Shown here: piece by piece, positions 39,267-52,076 of the stretch | How positions within the stretch are numbered: the stretch's first letter is position 1 | Layout of the letters: every line of letters starts with the position of its first letter | Assembly (NCBI RefSeq): GCF_036971445.1 | Contig: NC_091469.1 | Coordinates: 226,982,001 to 227,046,000, forward strand | Reading direction: 5' to 3' | DNA from: Narcine bancroftii | Lineage: Eukaryota | Length of the DNA stretch: 64,000 nt | The notes under the pieces: model-generated | The model's database searches: none | What the model was told of the DNA's origin: nothing | What the model saw: the letters and a program-made list of their open reading frames with translations, nothing else | Program-made: the position numbers and the translations under genes

Positions 39267-39339
39267 CTTGGAGGATTGTCCAACCAAGCCAAATGGGAGG
39301 AACTGAAGAAGAGAAAGGGGATAATCATGTTTACATTTT

Positions 39340-39505
39340 TAATCTTTTTTTTAACATTTAGACATACAGCATGGTAACAGGCCCTTCTGGTCAACAATCC
39401 AATGCCCCACAAATACACCAATTAGCATACATACAATGTACATTTTTGAAGGGTGGGTGAAAACCGAAGCACCTGGAGAAGTTGCGCTAAATGCTCTGTT
39501 AACCG
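39340..39505 (-). mobile_element. V-SINE, internally deleted
   Basis: tttagacatacagcatggtaacaggccc tail and gggtgaaaaccgaagcacc V-domain piece; sits inside the CR1 APE region. Confidence 0.7.
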
Positions 39506-40611
39506 TGTTGTTGGGATTTTACATTAGCCCACCAATAACCAGCGACGATATTGCATGTAGCTGCAAGCATAATAGGGTTGTAATAGTCAATTATTTTAAC
39601 TTTCCAAATACTCACTGGGGCTGCCATTGGGCTAAGGGCTTAGATAGGGTAGACTTTGTTCAACGTGATCAGGAAAGTTTCCTGTCGCAATATGTGGATA
39701 GTCTAATGAAAGGGGTAATATTCAACTATATCTTGGGGAAGCACTTAGGGGCTCAAAACCATAATCCCATTAGTTTTAAAATAACACTGGAAAAGCACAG
39801 GACTGGTCTGCTAGTTAGTTAGGCCATTTTTATGGTAATAGATGGGAACATTTAGAGGTTGACAGGGAGAGACTGTTTACAGGTAAAGGGATATCTAGCA
39901 AATAGGAGGCCCTTAAAAATGCGATAGTTGAAGCTCAAGAGTCGTATTTTCCTGTTACAGTGAAGGGCAAGGCTGACAGGGATAGGGAACCCTGGATGAC
40001 AAGGGATATTGAGCCTTTGATCAAGAAAAGGAAGGAGGCAGATGTGTATTTGCAGTGGGTTCAGGATGTAGAAATGCACTCGAGAGAGAAATCACGGGGG
40101 GGGTGGGGCATAGAGGGGACAAGATACAGCTTTGGCAGGTAAGGTCATAAAGAATCTGAAGTGTTCCCACAAGTATATTGATAGCATAAATGTGTAACTA
40201 GAAAGAGAAGAGGGTTTCTTTAGGATCAGAGTAATTTTCCAGATGTGGAAACACAAGAGATGGGTGATGTCCTAAACAAATATTTCTCATTCGTATTTAG
40301 AGTACCGTAGTGAAAGACATGGATGCTAGGGAACTTGGGAACATAAATAATGATGTCTTCAACAGTGTCCACATTACAGAAGAGGAGGTGCTGGAGGTCT
40401 TAAAATGCATAAAGGTAGATAAATCCCCAGGGCCAGACCAAGTATGTCCTAGCACATTGTGGGAATCCAGGACAGAAAAATGCAAAGATATTTGTCCCAT
40501 CATCAGCCACTGGTGTCGTGCTGGGAAGCTGGAACGTGGCTACTGTTGGGCCTTTATTTGAGGATTGCAAGGACAAGCCAGTGAACTAGAAGTCATTGAG
40601 CTTAACATCAG

Positions 40612-40943
40612 ATAGGGGACACATAAGAGACTGAGGATGCTGGAATTTGGAGTAGAAAAAAAACAATCTGCTGAAGGAATAAAGTGAGTTGAACAGCATC
40701 AGAGGGAGAAAAGGAATCCTCAATATTCCAGGAACTGAGAGCACAGAGGAGAGATAGACAGTCCCATGAGGACAGAGTGGGAGGGGTTGGACAGAGACAG
40801 AACCAGGGATGGGTGAAGAATGATGTACAGACGCAGTTGATTGCTAGGTGTCAGATACGAGAAGAGAGAGGCAAGACTGAAAGGGCTCGGTCGGAAGATG
40901 CCTCACACAGGGTTGGTGAGGGGTGAATGGTAAGTGGAGATGA
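40612..40943 (-). mobile_element. Short Penelope-like terminal insertion
   Basis: Perfect 13-bp TSD AGCTTAACATCAG (40599-40611, 40944-40956); gagactgaggatgctggaat terminus followed by a purine-rich tract. Confidence 0.75.
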
Positions 40944-41370
40944 AGCTTAACATCAGTCATGGGTAAGATATGCTGGAGATTTAGAGAGAGAGAATCGACA
41001 TGCATTTGGTAAGGCAAGAACTGATTAGGCACAGCAGACCTATCTATTTTGTGTCTCACAAATTTGACTGATAATTTGAAGAGGTGACCAAGAAGATGAT
41101 AAGGGCACAGCAATAATTTCCAGGATCTGTAGTCTCCTGTGTGTCTCAGATTTGAAGTGTACAGTCCTGGCTACCTTGCTGTGGGAAGGATGCCATTGAA
41201 CAGTAAAGGATCTAAAAAGGATTCACAGAGGTGTTACCTCGACTGGATGGCGTGTTCTAAAGAGAGAATGCATGGATTCTGACTTTTTGTTCCCTGCAGC
41301 ACAGCATGCCGAGGAGTGATCTTATAGCGGTATAAAAATCGAGAGGGCCACAGATGAGGTAAATAGCCAT

Positions 41371-41576
41371 CATCAAGGCGCAACGAAAGCATGCTGTGCG
41401 CAAGGCCCGAGCAGCATCCACTGCCCACGACAGCACCCACCCACTTGTGCCCCAGATGTGAGCGAGCTTTCAGGGCCTGTATTGGCCTCACCAGTCACCA
41501 CCAGACCCACAGCCACCAATCTCCAATTTAACTTTGAAGCCATGGTCATCTTCGACCACAAAGGACAAACAACAAC
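41371..41576 (+). mobile_element. RTE (BovB-like) 3' fragment
   Basis: TSD AAATAGCCAT (41361-41370, 41577-41586); CPRCERAFRACIGLTSH motif; tail ggtcatcttcgacc...(aac)n. Confidence 0.85.
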
Positions 41577-42829
41577 AAATAGCCATAGTCTTTTCCCTGG
41601 ATTAGGGCAGACTAAAACTAGAGGGCATATTTAGGGAAGTGGGAATAGATTTAAAAGGGGTCTGAGGGGCTATGTTTTCAGACAGATGGTGGTGTGCAAA
41701 TGAAACTAGCTACCAGTGAAATTGATAGTGACAGGTACAATTACGACATATAAAAGATATTTGGACAGGTAGATGGATAGGGAAAGTTCAGAGGGATATG
41801 GGCAGGCAAGGGGGTGTATTCAGAGAAGCAATTTGCATGGACAAGATGGGTCAAAGGGCCCACAACGCTATGAATTTATGACTGATGCATTCTCTCACTG
41901 TGTGCACCTCGAGCGAAAGTATGTTGAGTAAATATAGTGATTTACAGTTTTTAAGCCAATGAGTACTTCATGTGCTGGGCAAAGTAGTTCTATGGCAATG
42001 GTCCATGCACAGTGTTAAAGGGCCCATTGTATAATCACCAAAACATCATGCAACAACATTCATCAGGCAAGTCTTTTGGGTGCATTTTTTTGGAGGTTGC
42101 AGGGAGAGTAAAATATTTTTCCACATAAATAGAGGGTGTGAATTTGCTGCGAAATACGATCCTGGAGAAGTACTGAACAAAAAATTTGCCGCTGAATTGA
42201 ACTGAACAATTTTGGAATCAATTGTCACATGTTAAATTTCAGAATCGGTCTGGACCTGCCTTCGACATTAAATAGTATCATTCAATAATGGAGAAGATAG
42301 AAGGACTTTATTGGCACGCTACTATTTCTGAACTTGTGCATGTATTCACAGCTAAGACAGCAAGAACATGGGAACCACTGCTTGTGGCAAAACCTAGTGT
42401 TTTTTGTAGATTTGTTGTACCTCACATTCAGTGCAAAGCCATGAGAAATGTCCTATTTATCTGTTTTCCATTAGCAATGAGGTGTAAAGCATCATCTGTG
42501 CCATTTTTTTTTCTGACATTGCAATGGTGCTTCCTGTTTCCTAACACTCTCATCAAATGTCAGGCCCAGTTCCAAAAGCCGTGTGAACATCAGCTGCCCT
42601 AATAGAGATGAGGAATGGTGCAGTGGATGACTGTTAGAGCTGGAATAGTATTTGTGATATGACCGTAAGGAGGAATTGTGAGAATAAACTATTGCTTTGG
42701 AGTTTTGTTTCATTGCTTTTGTGAAAGAGGCATTCACATTTGGCTTTTTCATTTTCTGTTTGGGGGGAGGAAATAGAATTAACATTCAATTAATCTGACA
42801 TATATTTAAATCTTAATGGTGGAGTAATC

Positions 42830-43085
42830 TCAAGCCAAGTTTACTGTCACAAGTGCAACCTGACAAAACACCGTTCTCCAGTCCTCGGTGCAAAAACACT
42901 TGATATTACACACATTCAGACAAACAATACATATGCAGAGCAAGTATTCATCTCTACAAAAGCAAATAAATAGATAAATATAGTTTTGGATATTTTGTGT
43001 GGACATTCAGCATTCTCACTGCCCGTGGGAAGAAATTGTTCCTCTGCCTGGTGGTGCTGGCTCTGGTACTCCTGTATTCCTGCAA
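42830..43085 (-). mobile_element. Rex1-like 3' fragment
   Basis: Reverse complement of the Rex1 C-terminus and tail (gggaagaaattgttcctctgcctggtggtgctggc). Confidence 0.7.
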
Positions 43086-43604
43086 TCTGAAATGTATTTA
43101 AATCAGTTGTTTCAATAATCTGTTTCTTTTTCCTCTGAAACTTGCAGCACCCCAACTCTTGCCCACAACCATCAGAACCTTCTTATTCAACTACCATCTC
43201 TCTTTCACTATCCATCAACTTTTAGGATTGACTCATCCTGTAATTTCTCCTGTTCCTCCTTTCCAACAAGTTCCTCCTTGCTCTTGTTCCTTTCCCATTC
43301 TACCTTTCCTTTCCCTGTCTCTCTCTCTCTGACACTTTCTAACCTGGATCTTCCATAGGATTCTTTGAACTGTGGACAGTTTCAGATCATTTTCATTCTT
43401 ACTGCCACATTATTTTAATGATGCAAGCACCGGAATTTATTGGCTCTGAAGGCTTGAGTTCAAAATATGGGTAAATGGTGAGGGTAGGGGTATGGTAGGG
43501 GCCTATGGCAGGAACTTGGGATTAAAAATTCTTGCCTCATTTTTATACATTATAGATGGGACCTCTTGATGGAGGTTGAATCTTGGCATTCAAAAAGTGG
43601 TAAG

Positions 43605-44292
43605 GAAATTGCTTATTGCAATTAAAAGTGGTCCATAGAGGACATATGTCTAAAGCTTATTCCGATATAAACCTTCTATGTGACACATGTAAAATTGCTG
43701 AGGTTTCTTTGATTCACATGTTTTGGTCTTGCCCTAGCTTAGAAAAATTTTGGAAAGATATTTTTCAAACGTTATTGGCGATTCTTAAGGTTAAATTGGA
43801 AACTTGCCCTTTAATTGCTCTTTTCGGATCATTTCAAGATGATGACGTTTTATTGACTTCAACTAAAAACCAAATTTTATCTTTTACTTCATTGATGGCC
43901 AGATGTGCAATTTTGATTAAATGGAAAGATAATACTCCACCTACAGATACACAGTGATTAAATGATATTATCTCTTGTTTATATTTAGAAAAAGTTAGAT
44001 ATGCCATTAAAGATTCAAATACTAATTTCCTAAAGACATGGGTCCCTTTTATGGACCATTATCATAATCTAAAGTTTCAGGGTGTTATTTCCTTTGAAGC
44101 TGTGCTGTCTATTTCCAGGTTGTTGTCACTTGATAGCCACACGTCAGTTTTTTTCTCCAACCTTTTATAGTAGTAGGGGTTTTGATTTAATGGTTTTTTT
44201 TCTTTTTTTGTTATAATTTGTATTTCAATATATAATTGTACTGTTTAATTACTGTATTATTGCAAACCTCAGTAAAATATCTTTTCTAAAAA
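43605..44292 (+). mobile_element. L1-like 3' fragment
   Basis: QLKVVHR, CDTCK...HMFWSCP, ILIKWKD..PP..QWL. Confidence 0.85.
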
Positions 44293-44824
44293 GTGGTAAA
44301 GCGAAACACAACAGACGCTGGAAATCTTAAATAAACACAGATATTTCTCATACCACTCCACCGATCAAACGCCACTTCTTCCCATAGATGCTACCTGACT
44401 TGCTGAGTATCTGTTTTATGACCCTGGAGTTGGCCTCAGTATTTTAAGAAGAACTAATGGCAATTTCTCTATGGTTAAGAGTGGTTTGAGACCAGGCTGA
44501 TGTCCCTTGAACTTTCTCATTGTGAATGAGCATTGATGGGAATGAAGGACTTTTGAAAGTTCATTTGTTTTGGTTTTCACAAAATATGAACTTCCTTCCT
44601 CAACCTAATAATTGTTGCTCATCTCTCATGTATTACTGCAATTGAATATGGGTGCAGCATAGGTTGCGTCTTCATGCAAGGAAAACCAGATATAACCATA
44701 AAACAATTACAGCACACAAACAGGCCAACATGGCCCTTCGATAGAATGCTGAAATTTGTTCAAATTTGCTTTGTAAATCTGGCTGGGATGCAACTTATTA
44801 TTAGTGAACATCATTTTCTAAGTA

Positions 44825-45184
44825 CAGTGATTTCCCCCCCACCCCCCCCCCCCCCCGCCACACACACCTCCCCATCCATGGATTCACTTTCCACAGTTTG
44901 AGTTACCCGTAGTCCGAAAATACAGTTCCGATCATATTCAGATTGACTGTCCTGGTTATTGCAGTGCTTGTGTTTTTTTTTAAATTATTGTTATATTTGT
45001 TCTATTTTATTGTTAGTTGCCATTGTGAACCTCTTATTGTGTCGAATTTATAAATGAAACTTTATCATAGGCATGTTTGCATGTATAAGAAAAAAAGATA
45101 CTAGATACAAGGTTTGGTACTATTCGTGGTTTCAGGCATCCGCTTGGAACATATCGCCCATGGATAAAGGTGGGGGATCTACTT
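44825..45184. mobile_element. Tc1/mariner (Tigger-like) MITE
   Basis: TA-flanked; CAGTGATTTCCCCC...atccatgg and ccatggata...GGGGGATCTACT inverted ends. Confidence 0.6.
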
Positions 45185-46232
45185 TATATTCATGAAGTCA
45201 AGATATATAACTTACATGTTCACAAGTTGCCCATAAATATCCTTTAAGTGCTGCCAGAATATTTCAGTAACCTCCAAGGTACAAAACAGAAAGAGTGTAA
45301 AAGACTCTTTTTATGCACCAGAAAAATTGTAGCAGTACTCATCGAGAAGAAAAGAAGTCAATCCATTCAGATTAAACACTAATACGTTCCCCAATAATAA
45401 ACCAGTTTTTCCAATTATTCTCTGCTGGATGTGTCAGATTTTATAAAGTTTTGGTGAATACATAATTGTCACTTAGATGAAATGCTGTTCTGAGAATGTT
45501 TTGAGCATTGCTGTTCTTTTTAGAATTATTAATCACCCAAAAGGCCTGAAAATATCCGATGCATCATATTTATTGCAAATGTTTAATTATTAATAATTTA
45601 TATAATAATTATCTGCATCTGTTTGAGAATTTAAGTCAACGAGTAACATTATATTTATCATTTTGTCTGGATCACTATAAGATTGTTGTATGGTTTTGCA
45701 TTCCAAGTGTTAAAGGGTTGAAAATGGCTCCTGACTCTTTTCTCCCCTCCTCCCCTTTAACTCCTCAAACATTAGACTGAATAAATGTAGTGATTTTAGA
45801 AAAAATGTAATTATTGCTTCTGAAATGAATATGTTTTACTGCACATTTAATTTTGACATGCACTATAATCTATTGAAATATTGCAGAATCTTATTAGTTT
45901 GTTGAATATTTGAGCATGGCTTTAAGCTGTCTTGCCAGGTCGAGATATTAAACAAGAATAATTTTGAAATAAGAGTGGAAAGAATAATGATGATCTACGT
46001 TAAGGCACTGAATGAAGAACATTGAAAACGGATTGAATATTTGGAGTTCTATATTTGATCCAAGAAAAAGCCAAAATAATTTTAAAATTGTTTCCAATCT
46101 ACTTTTTGTTCAGACTTGAGCAGCAGGTGTTTTGAATTGATTAGAAGGAATTTTCTCTTAACAGTTTTGAATCGATTTAGTAAATACCTGCATTTGATGG
46201 AATTTAAGACCCACAGGCATATTAGAACCCCT

Positions 46233-48727
46233 TGTGGTCAATGTCTGCCAAGCTGCCTGTCTCCCCTCTGGCGAGACTTGCTGTACTAACATTGGCTGTG
46301 CATTATCTCTACTGTTAAGGACACTCCCCTTGGGTATAACTGTGTATGCACCTAATTTTTTATTGTACCATGAGTTTCTGATAAAAGCCATGATTATTGT
46401 TTGACCACATCATCTTTGTCTGCTTCATCAACTGGCACTTCAATTTTATTAGCAGAAATAGATGCAGCCCTCAAGCCAGAGCGGCTGATAATCGACCAGT
46501 CTGTCCCGAGGGTGAGAGAAAATTTCAGCCACTGGATTGCTTGTTTCAATTACTACATGGCTCGAAACAATGTGGTTGATGAGGCGATACAGTGGGGCCA
46601 CCTTAACTCTCTGTTGGGTGAGGTCCCTTTCGTCGTAACGCAAGGAGCTACCACTCTGGCTACAGCCCGGGAACATCTAACTGCTTACTATGCAGTGCCA
46701 CGGAATGTGGTGCTTGCTCGACACCAGTTGCTGACTAGACGCCAGAAACCCGGGGAAAGTGATGCTGCCTCTGCCCTGGCTCTCAACTCACTGGCAAATG
46801 AATGTGATGTCAGGGTAGTCAACGTGCAACAACACCACAATGCCTTGAAGCTGGACGCTTTTGTCAACGGTATTGACTCCAGTTACATCCGACAGAGGCT
46901 GCTGGAGATGGAGCCCTTAACCTACGACCAGGCATTCACTCTAGCCAAAACACTGAGAAGTGCCATGCGGTCCAGTGAAATGCTAGAAACCGAAAAGGAA
47001 ACATCCAGGAGTGTTGGAACCACAAAGGAAAGAAAAGGGTGAACTCCTGAAAAATGCTACTTATGTGATAAGAGCTGGCACCCCAGACAGAAGTGCCCGG
47101 CCCTATTTGCTACCTGCAGCTATTGTGGGAAACTCGGCCACTTTGCTAAAGCATGCAAGGCGAAAAGTGCTCCCACTGATAAGAAGAAGAGAAGCATGAA
47201 GAAAATGCGTCCTGGAGCTGCAGGAATGGAAGACAACTGTGAAAAGGGGGAATCTTCAGACGAGCAGGCTGAATCCACTTCAAGTGACGGTGAGGTGAGA
47301 TCCCCTGTGATAGCTCAATTGACTGTAAAGCTTGGGGGATGTTACGGACAGGAACAGTTGACTATGAAGGGGGGATGTTACGGACAGGAACAGTTGACTA
47401 TGAAGGGGGAGGTGAATGGTGAGACTCTTGATTGTCTAATAGACTCGGGGAGTACTGGCAGCTACATCCATGAGAGAGTTGCTAGAGCTTTATATTTGTG
47501 GAGATATCCAGCAAACCGAAAGGTATCGATGGCTTGTAGTGAACTTACAAAAACTGTACAGTCGAAGTGTAAAGTTACTTTAAATTTGCAGGGACATTGC
47601 CTTGCTGATGTGTGGCTCTTAATTATGCCAGAGCTCTGCACCCCCGTGTTACTGGGGTTAGATATTCAATCTCAGATGAACAGTGTAGTGTTAAATTTTG
47701 GTGGGCCACTACCCACACTTACCATCCCCACGCTAGTTACTGCAGTCTGTCTGCATTAAAGATCAAAGCTCCTTCCCCTTTCAGTGATTTATCCCGAGTG
47801 TCAGCAGATTACCACTAAGAGCCATTCTTACAGCAAAAAGGATCGTGAGTTTATCAAAGCAGAGACCCAGAGACTGCTTAAAGAGGGAGTAATTGAACCT
47901 AGTAAGAGTCCGTGGAGGGCCCAAGTGGTAGTCGTGAAAAATCACACTAAAATACGACTGGCTATTGACTCAGCCAGACAATCAACCATTACACGAACCT
48001 GAATGCCTACCCCCTGCCACGCTCATGTTAAATTCCCAGACGGGAGTACTGACACTGTACCCCTAAGAGATCTGGCCTCGCCTGGTTCGCCCCTTCCTCA
48101 CACCCCTACTCAGAGTGAGCCTGAGAGATTGGGCTCACCCTACCCCCCCCCCAACCTGTGACCCCTAGTAAGCTTTCAGATGGCCATGCTGAGGCTCCAC
48201 TGCCTCAAGCTGGTGATTCTGGAGCGGGTCCAGAAGTCAGTCCTTCCCACACTACAGACCCAGGAACTGTACCAGTTCCTAAGGTTGCAAAGGAGCCACC
48301 TGTTTTGAGATGAAGCACAGAATTTGTAAACAACCTGATAGGCTAACATATTCATAAAACATCTCATTATATTTCGATTGCTTGCTAGATACTGGCATAT
48401 TTTGGCTGTAAGAGTATTCTCAATGCCAAACATGGTATCCATGTATCGCTTGCTTCAGTCTTTCCTTGCAGCTGTCCTTTTGATTTTAACCCTTCTTCTG
48501 CTGGGGGGAGACTGTGGTGAATGTCTGCCAAGCTGCCTAACTCCCCACTCTGGTGAGCCTTGCTGTACTAACATTGGCTGTGCATTATATCTACCGTTAA
48601 GGACACTCTCCTTGGGTATAACTGTGTATGCATCTATTTTTTTATTGTACCATGAGTTTCTGCTAATAAAAGCCATGATTATTGTTTGACCACATCATCT
48701 TTGTCTACTTCATCAACTGGCACTTCA
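46233..48727 (+). mobile_element. Mag-like Gypsy provirus; gag-protease retained, RT-RNaseH-IN core deleted
   Basis: LTRs 46233-46442 and 48513-48727, perfect 5-bp TSD CCCCT, PPT ggggggagac; gag ALKPERL with two CX2CX4HX4C knuckles (47055-47156), protease LIDSGS, RT start SKSPWRAQVVVV/AYPLP joined to the integrase tail AHVKFPDG. Confidence 0.92.
46458..47759 (+). pseudogene. gag-protease polyprotein remnant
   Basis: Probable start ATG>ATA at 46458; one frameshift near 47030; knuckles in frame with the DSG protease; 36-bp tandem duplication (GGCYGQEQLT x2). Confidence 0.8.
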
Positions 48728-51700
48728 CCCCTTCCCTTCCATTTTAGCGGGAGACTTTAGGAAAAAATTGTTTTAGTGTATTTGGTGAGCGGGTTCCTCC
48801 TGTAAGGGCCCTTGTAGATAATGCATGTATGTGTGTCTTCACTCACTTCAGTGGAAACCATCCAGCCCTCCAAGGCTCAAGATGCTTCTTCCCAGCCTCC
48901 CGCCCCACTGTGCAAATGCTGATTGATGGCCTAGAAATTGGTAGCAATGAATTGCTGTTCCAAAACTTGCACCCAGGAGCGCTGCACAGATTGTTTCCTT
49001 GTGCCTCAGGGCAGGAGTGATGGCAGTCTGCTGATCACAATGGCAAAGACCAGCCAGTGGGATTGTGATTGTGGGAACATAGTTTAACGGGATGGTGTGG
49101 AATAGGGGGAATTAGGCTTAGGTTTGGAAGAGGTGGAGAGACTCTCAGCAATTTTATTTGGGATCAGCTGCAGTACTCCTTTTCAACCTTGTTATACATT
49201 CAGGAAAGTAAATACATATTTTACATCAATTTTCTGGCATGATCCATAAGTTCATTTGACGATAAGCCTCAAAGTAACTTTCCACTTGCAAGAGGCAGCT
49301 TTCAAAGGGGCCTGGATTTACATTGACTAACATCATTCAATCCCCTGAATAATAGAATGGTAGGTCAAACGCATGGATAGAAGTAACTTTCTTACTGGTA
49401 AATTCCTTACGAGTACTTTTTAACCCACTTGGACTGAATGGTTTAGCTAGTTTCTTACTGGCATGTAGTACCACCTTATTGCTACCTCTGGTCTAGCTGA
49501 GTTTATTAGTAAACAAAATAAACTCAAGATAGCCATTAGATTTGGAAATGTTCAACATTGTAGTTATAGAATCTTGTCTAAATCTTGGTTAAAGTCTATT
49601 GTTTAATGGGAAATAAATTAGCCCAAGAACCGTGGTGGTAGATCAAAAAACTATGGTTAGAAGCAGGTCTAAAATCCTCTATATAGGAGCAGAGTTCCTG
49701 CTTTCATCACCACAAAAATAACCTGCTTGATGAACTCGGTGAGATGGGCATCATCTGTGGAGGAAAAGGAATGGTTGATCCTTATCAGGATTCCTGCAGA
49801 TCCTGCTGGACCTGATGAATTTTTGCTCTATATTCCAGCATCTGTAGTCTTCTGAATTCATCCAATTTAAAATTCTGATAAGATTTAAGCTGAGCCAGAG
49901 GGAGAAGATCACTAGAAATAAAATGCAAAAACAGTTATGTGGTCCTATAAGTTGGACCTGCCCATCAGCGTCATGACTGGCAGGTGCCTCAACTCCACCC
50001 TATAGCCTGATTGCCATTTCCTTGGATTCTCAACATTTTCAAGCTCTGACCTCGTAAAATAGGCTGATGGAGAAAATCAGAGGAACTCAGTAGAACAAGC
50101 AGTCAGGGCAATAGCTCAGCCATTAACGAAGTTTGAAATGCTTTTATATTGCAAGTGCCAGATGGTTTAAGTGGCAAGAAGTTTTGTTTGTCTAAAGTCA
50201 CCTCATTTGTTTTCATTTGGGGATTTGCAATTGTCAGCCACACAATAACCTAAATTCTTCAGAAAAGGGCTAAAGATGCCCCCAACATTAACCCCAGTTG
50301 TTTAAAATGGCTTGCCAGCAGAATATGTGTCTCCACTGAAAAGCTTAATGCTAAGATTCTCAAGGAGGAAAGTAGAAACTTCAAAGGATGTCACTTAGCA
50401 TTCCATTCTGTTTGAGATTGCTGGAATATACACAAAGCATACTGCAGGACCTTGTCCATGCTTTTCCATACATTTATTTTAATGGGTGATAAATGAGCTG
50501 CAACTTCCCACAGAACATGGACATAATTCCCTGTTGGGAATTTAAGACCACGCATTTCCTATGCAGTGGACATGGGCTTGAACCCAATCTATATCACAGT
50601 AGTAAATGACAACTTTGTGCTCTTGGACAGCAGCTACAACCACTAGGAGTGAATGGGTAAAAATTTATCTGTGAGTTGCTGCTCATATTCTGACCATGTA
50701 CCAGAATCCTCTAGTGGGTAACGTGTATGATCACCCCATAAAATCACACATTGTGATTCAATTTTTTTTTTTGCTATTACATTGGGTTAAAATTGAAAAT
50801 GATGCTTCAACTTTCTAGTAATGGTGCCTGGTACAGAAAGTGCACACTTACTCCCTTCAGTCTTGCAACCTTCCATGCACATTCCAATAATGAGGTAGAA
50901 TTCAATAGAATTCAATCCCCTGGCTAGGCATACATCTTTACAGCTGTGTGTGAAAGTTGCGCTCCGCACATATTTTGTAACATGGGAATAGAAAGCAAGA
51001 CAGTTAAAAATACCAAAGGTTCCCAACTAAAACATTAGCCTTTTTTGCTCTCACTGACTGACCCACTGTGCAATTCAAAGATTTCTTTTTTTTTTAAAGT
51101 CCTATTGATTTACAATCATTTTATTTTTCTGTGAAAGGAAAGAACAGATTCTTGGTTAAACCTTAGAAATTAGCAAAGAATCTGTGTAACAAAAGCAAAT
51201 CTCAATGGATTTAAAGTGGCTGCTGGGAAAATTGAAGACTGAAAGAGTAATTGTGAGTGGACTCATGACATTTTAACCGATAAGATGGTTGTACACTTCT
51301 ACATTTCATATGTTGTTGAAGACATAAAAATGGGATGTTAGAAATTAAAGGATGAAAAAATGCATACAAGGGCAAGAGGGAAGATTTAGTGCCTCGATGG
51401 TAATATAATTGGCCAGGTTGAAGGCCAAGGTGATCCAACAACATTATGTTCACCTTAGTCTTGCATATTTTTAGAAGAAACACTTGAATTTATATTGTAC
51501 TTTTCATAATATTATTCCTAAAAAATCATACATTCAATAAAGTTCTTCTCAAGCATCGTCACTGATTAGAATTTAGAAACTTTGACAGGTCCACTTTCAG
51601 ACAGCCAGTTCCCCCAAACACCACTGTGATTTGACCAAGAATCTTTTTCTGAGGGTGGGAGCACATCAGAAATAAAACATCGGGCATGACATCAGGAGTA

Positions 51701-52076
51701 ATTCCCTTTCTTCAAAACGGTTCCAAGGATTTAGAAAAAAAAACAGGATCTTACTCTCGTGTAAGAACTGCCGCCTCTGACGGTGCAGCTCATCCTCGCC
51801 ACTGCACTGAACTGTCAGCTGAGATTTCTCTTCCCGAGTCTGAGGAGATGACTTGGAAACCAGCATCTTCCAAATGAGAGGTCAGAAAGCAACTAACCAG
51901 ACGAATATTCACACGGATGTAGCCACGGTGAGATTGGACTGGGATGAGGCATTCCGTGACCTGAAGTGCATTTACAGGCTGGATGATTTTTTTAAAAATT
52001 AATAAACAAACAGCAGACTTAAAGAAGGAGACTTAAAGAAGGAGGATTGATAATGACCTATGAAATGTCAGTGCTT

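Larger units (their letters stand above)
37230..41880 (+). mobile_element. Old CR1-like LINE fragmented by nested insertions
   Basis: APE pieces (ITETW, LGFY..PP, FNFP), REPWMT, IKVDKSPGPD, SLTS, then C-terminal region and tail atgggtcaaagggcc; RT core missing near 41110-41150. Confidence 0.75.
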
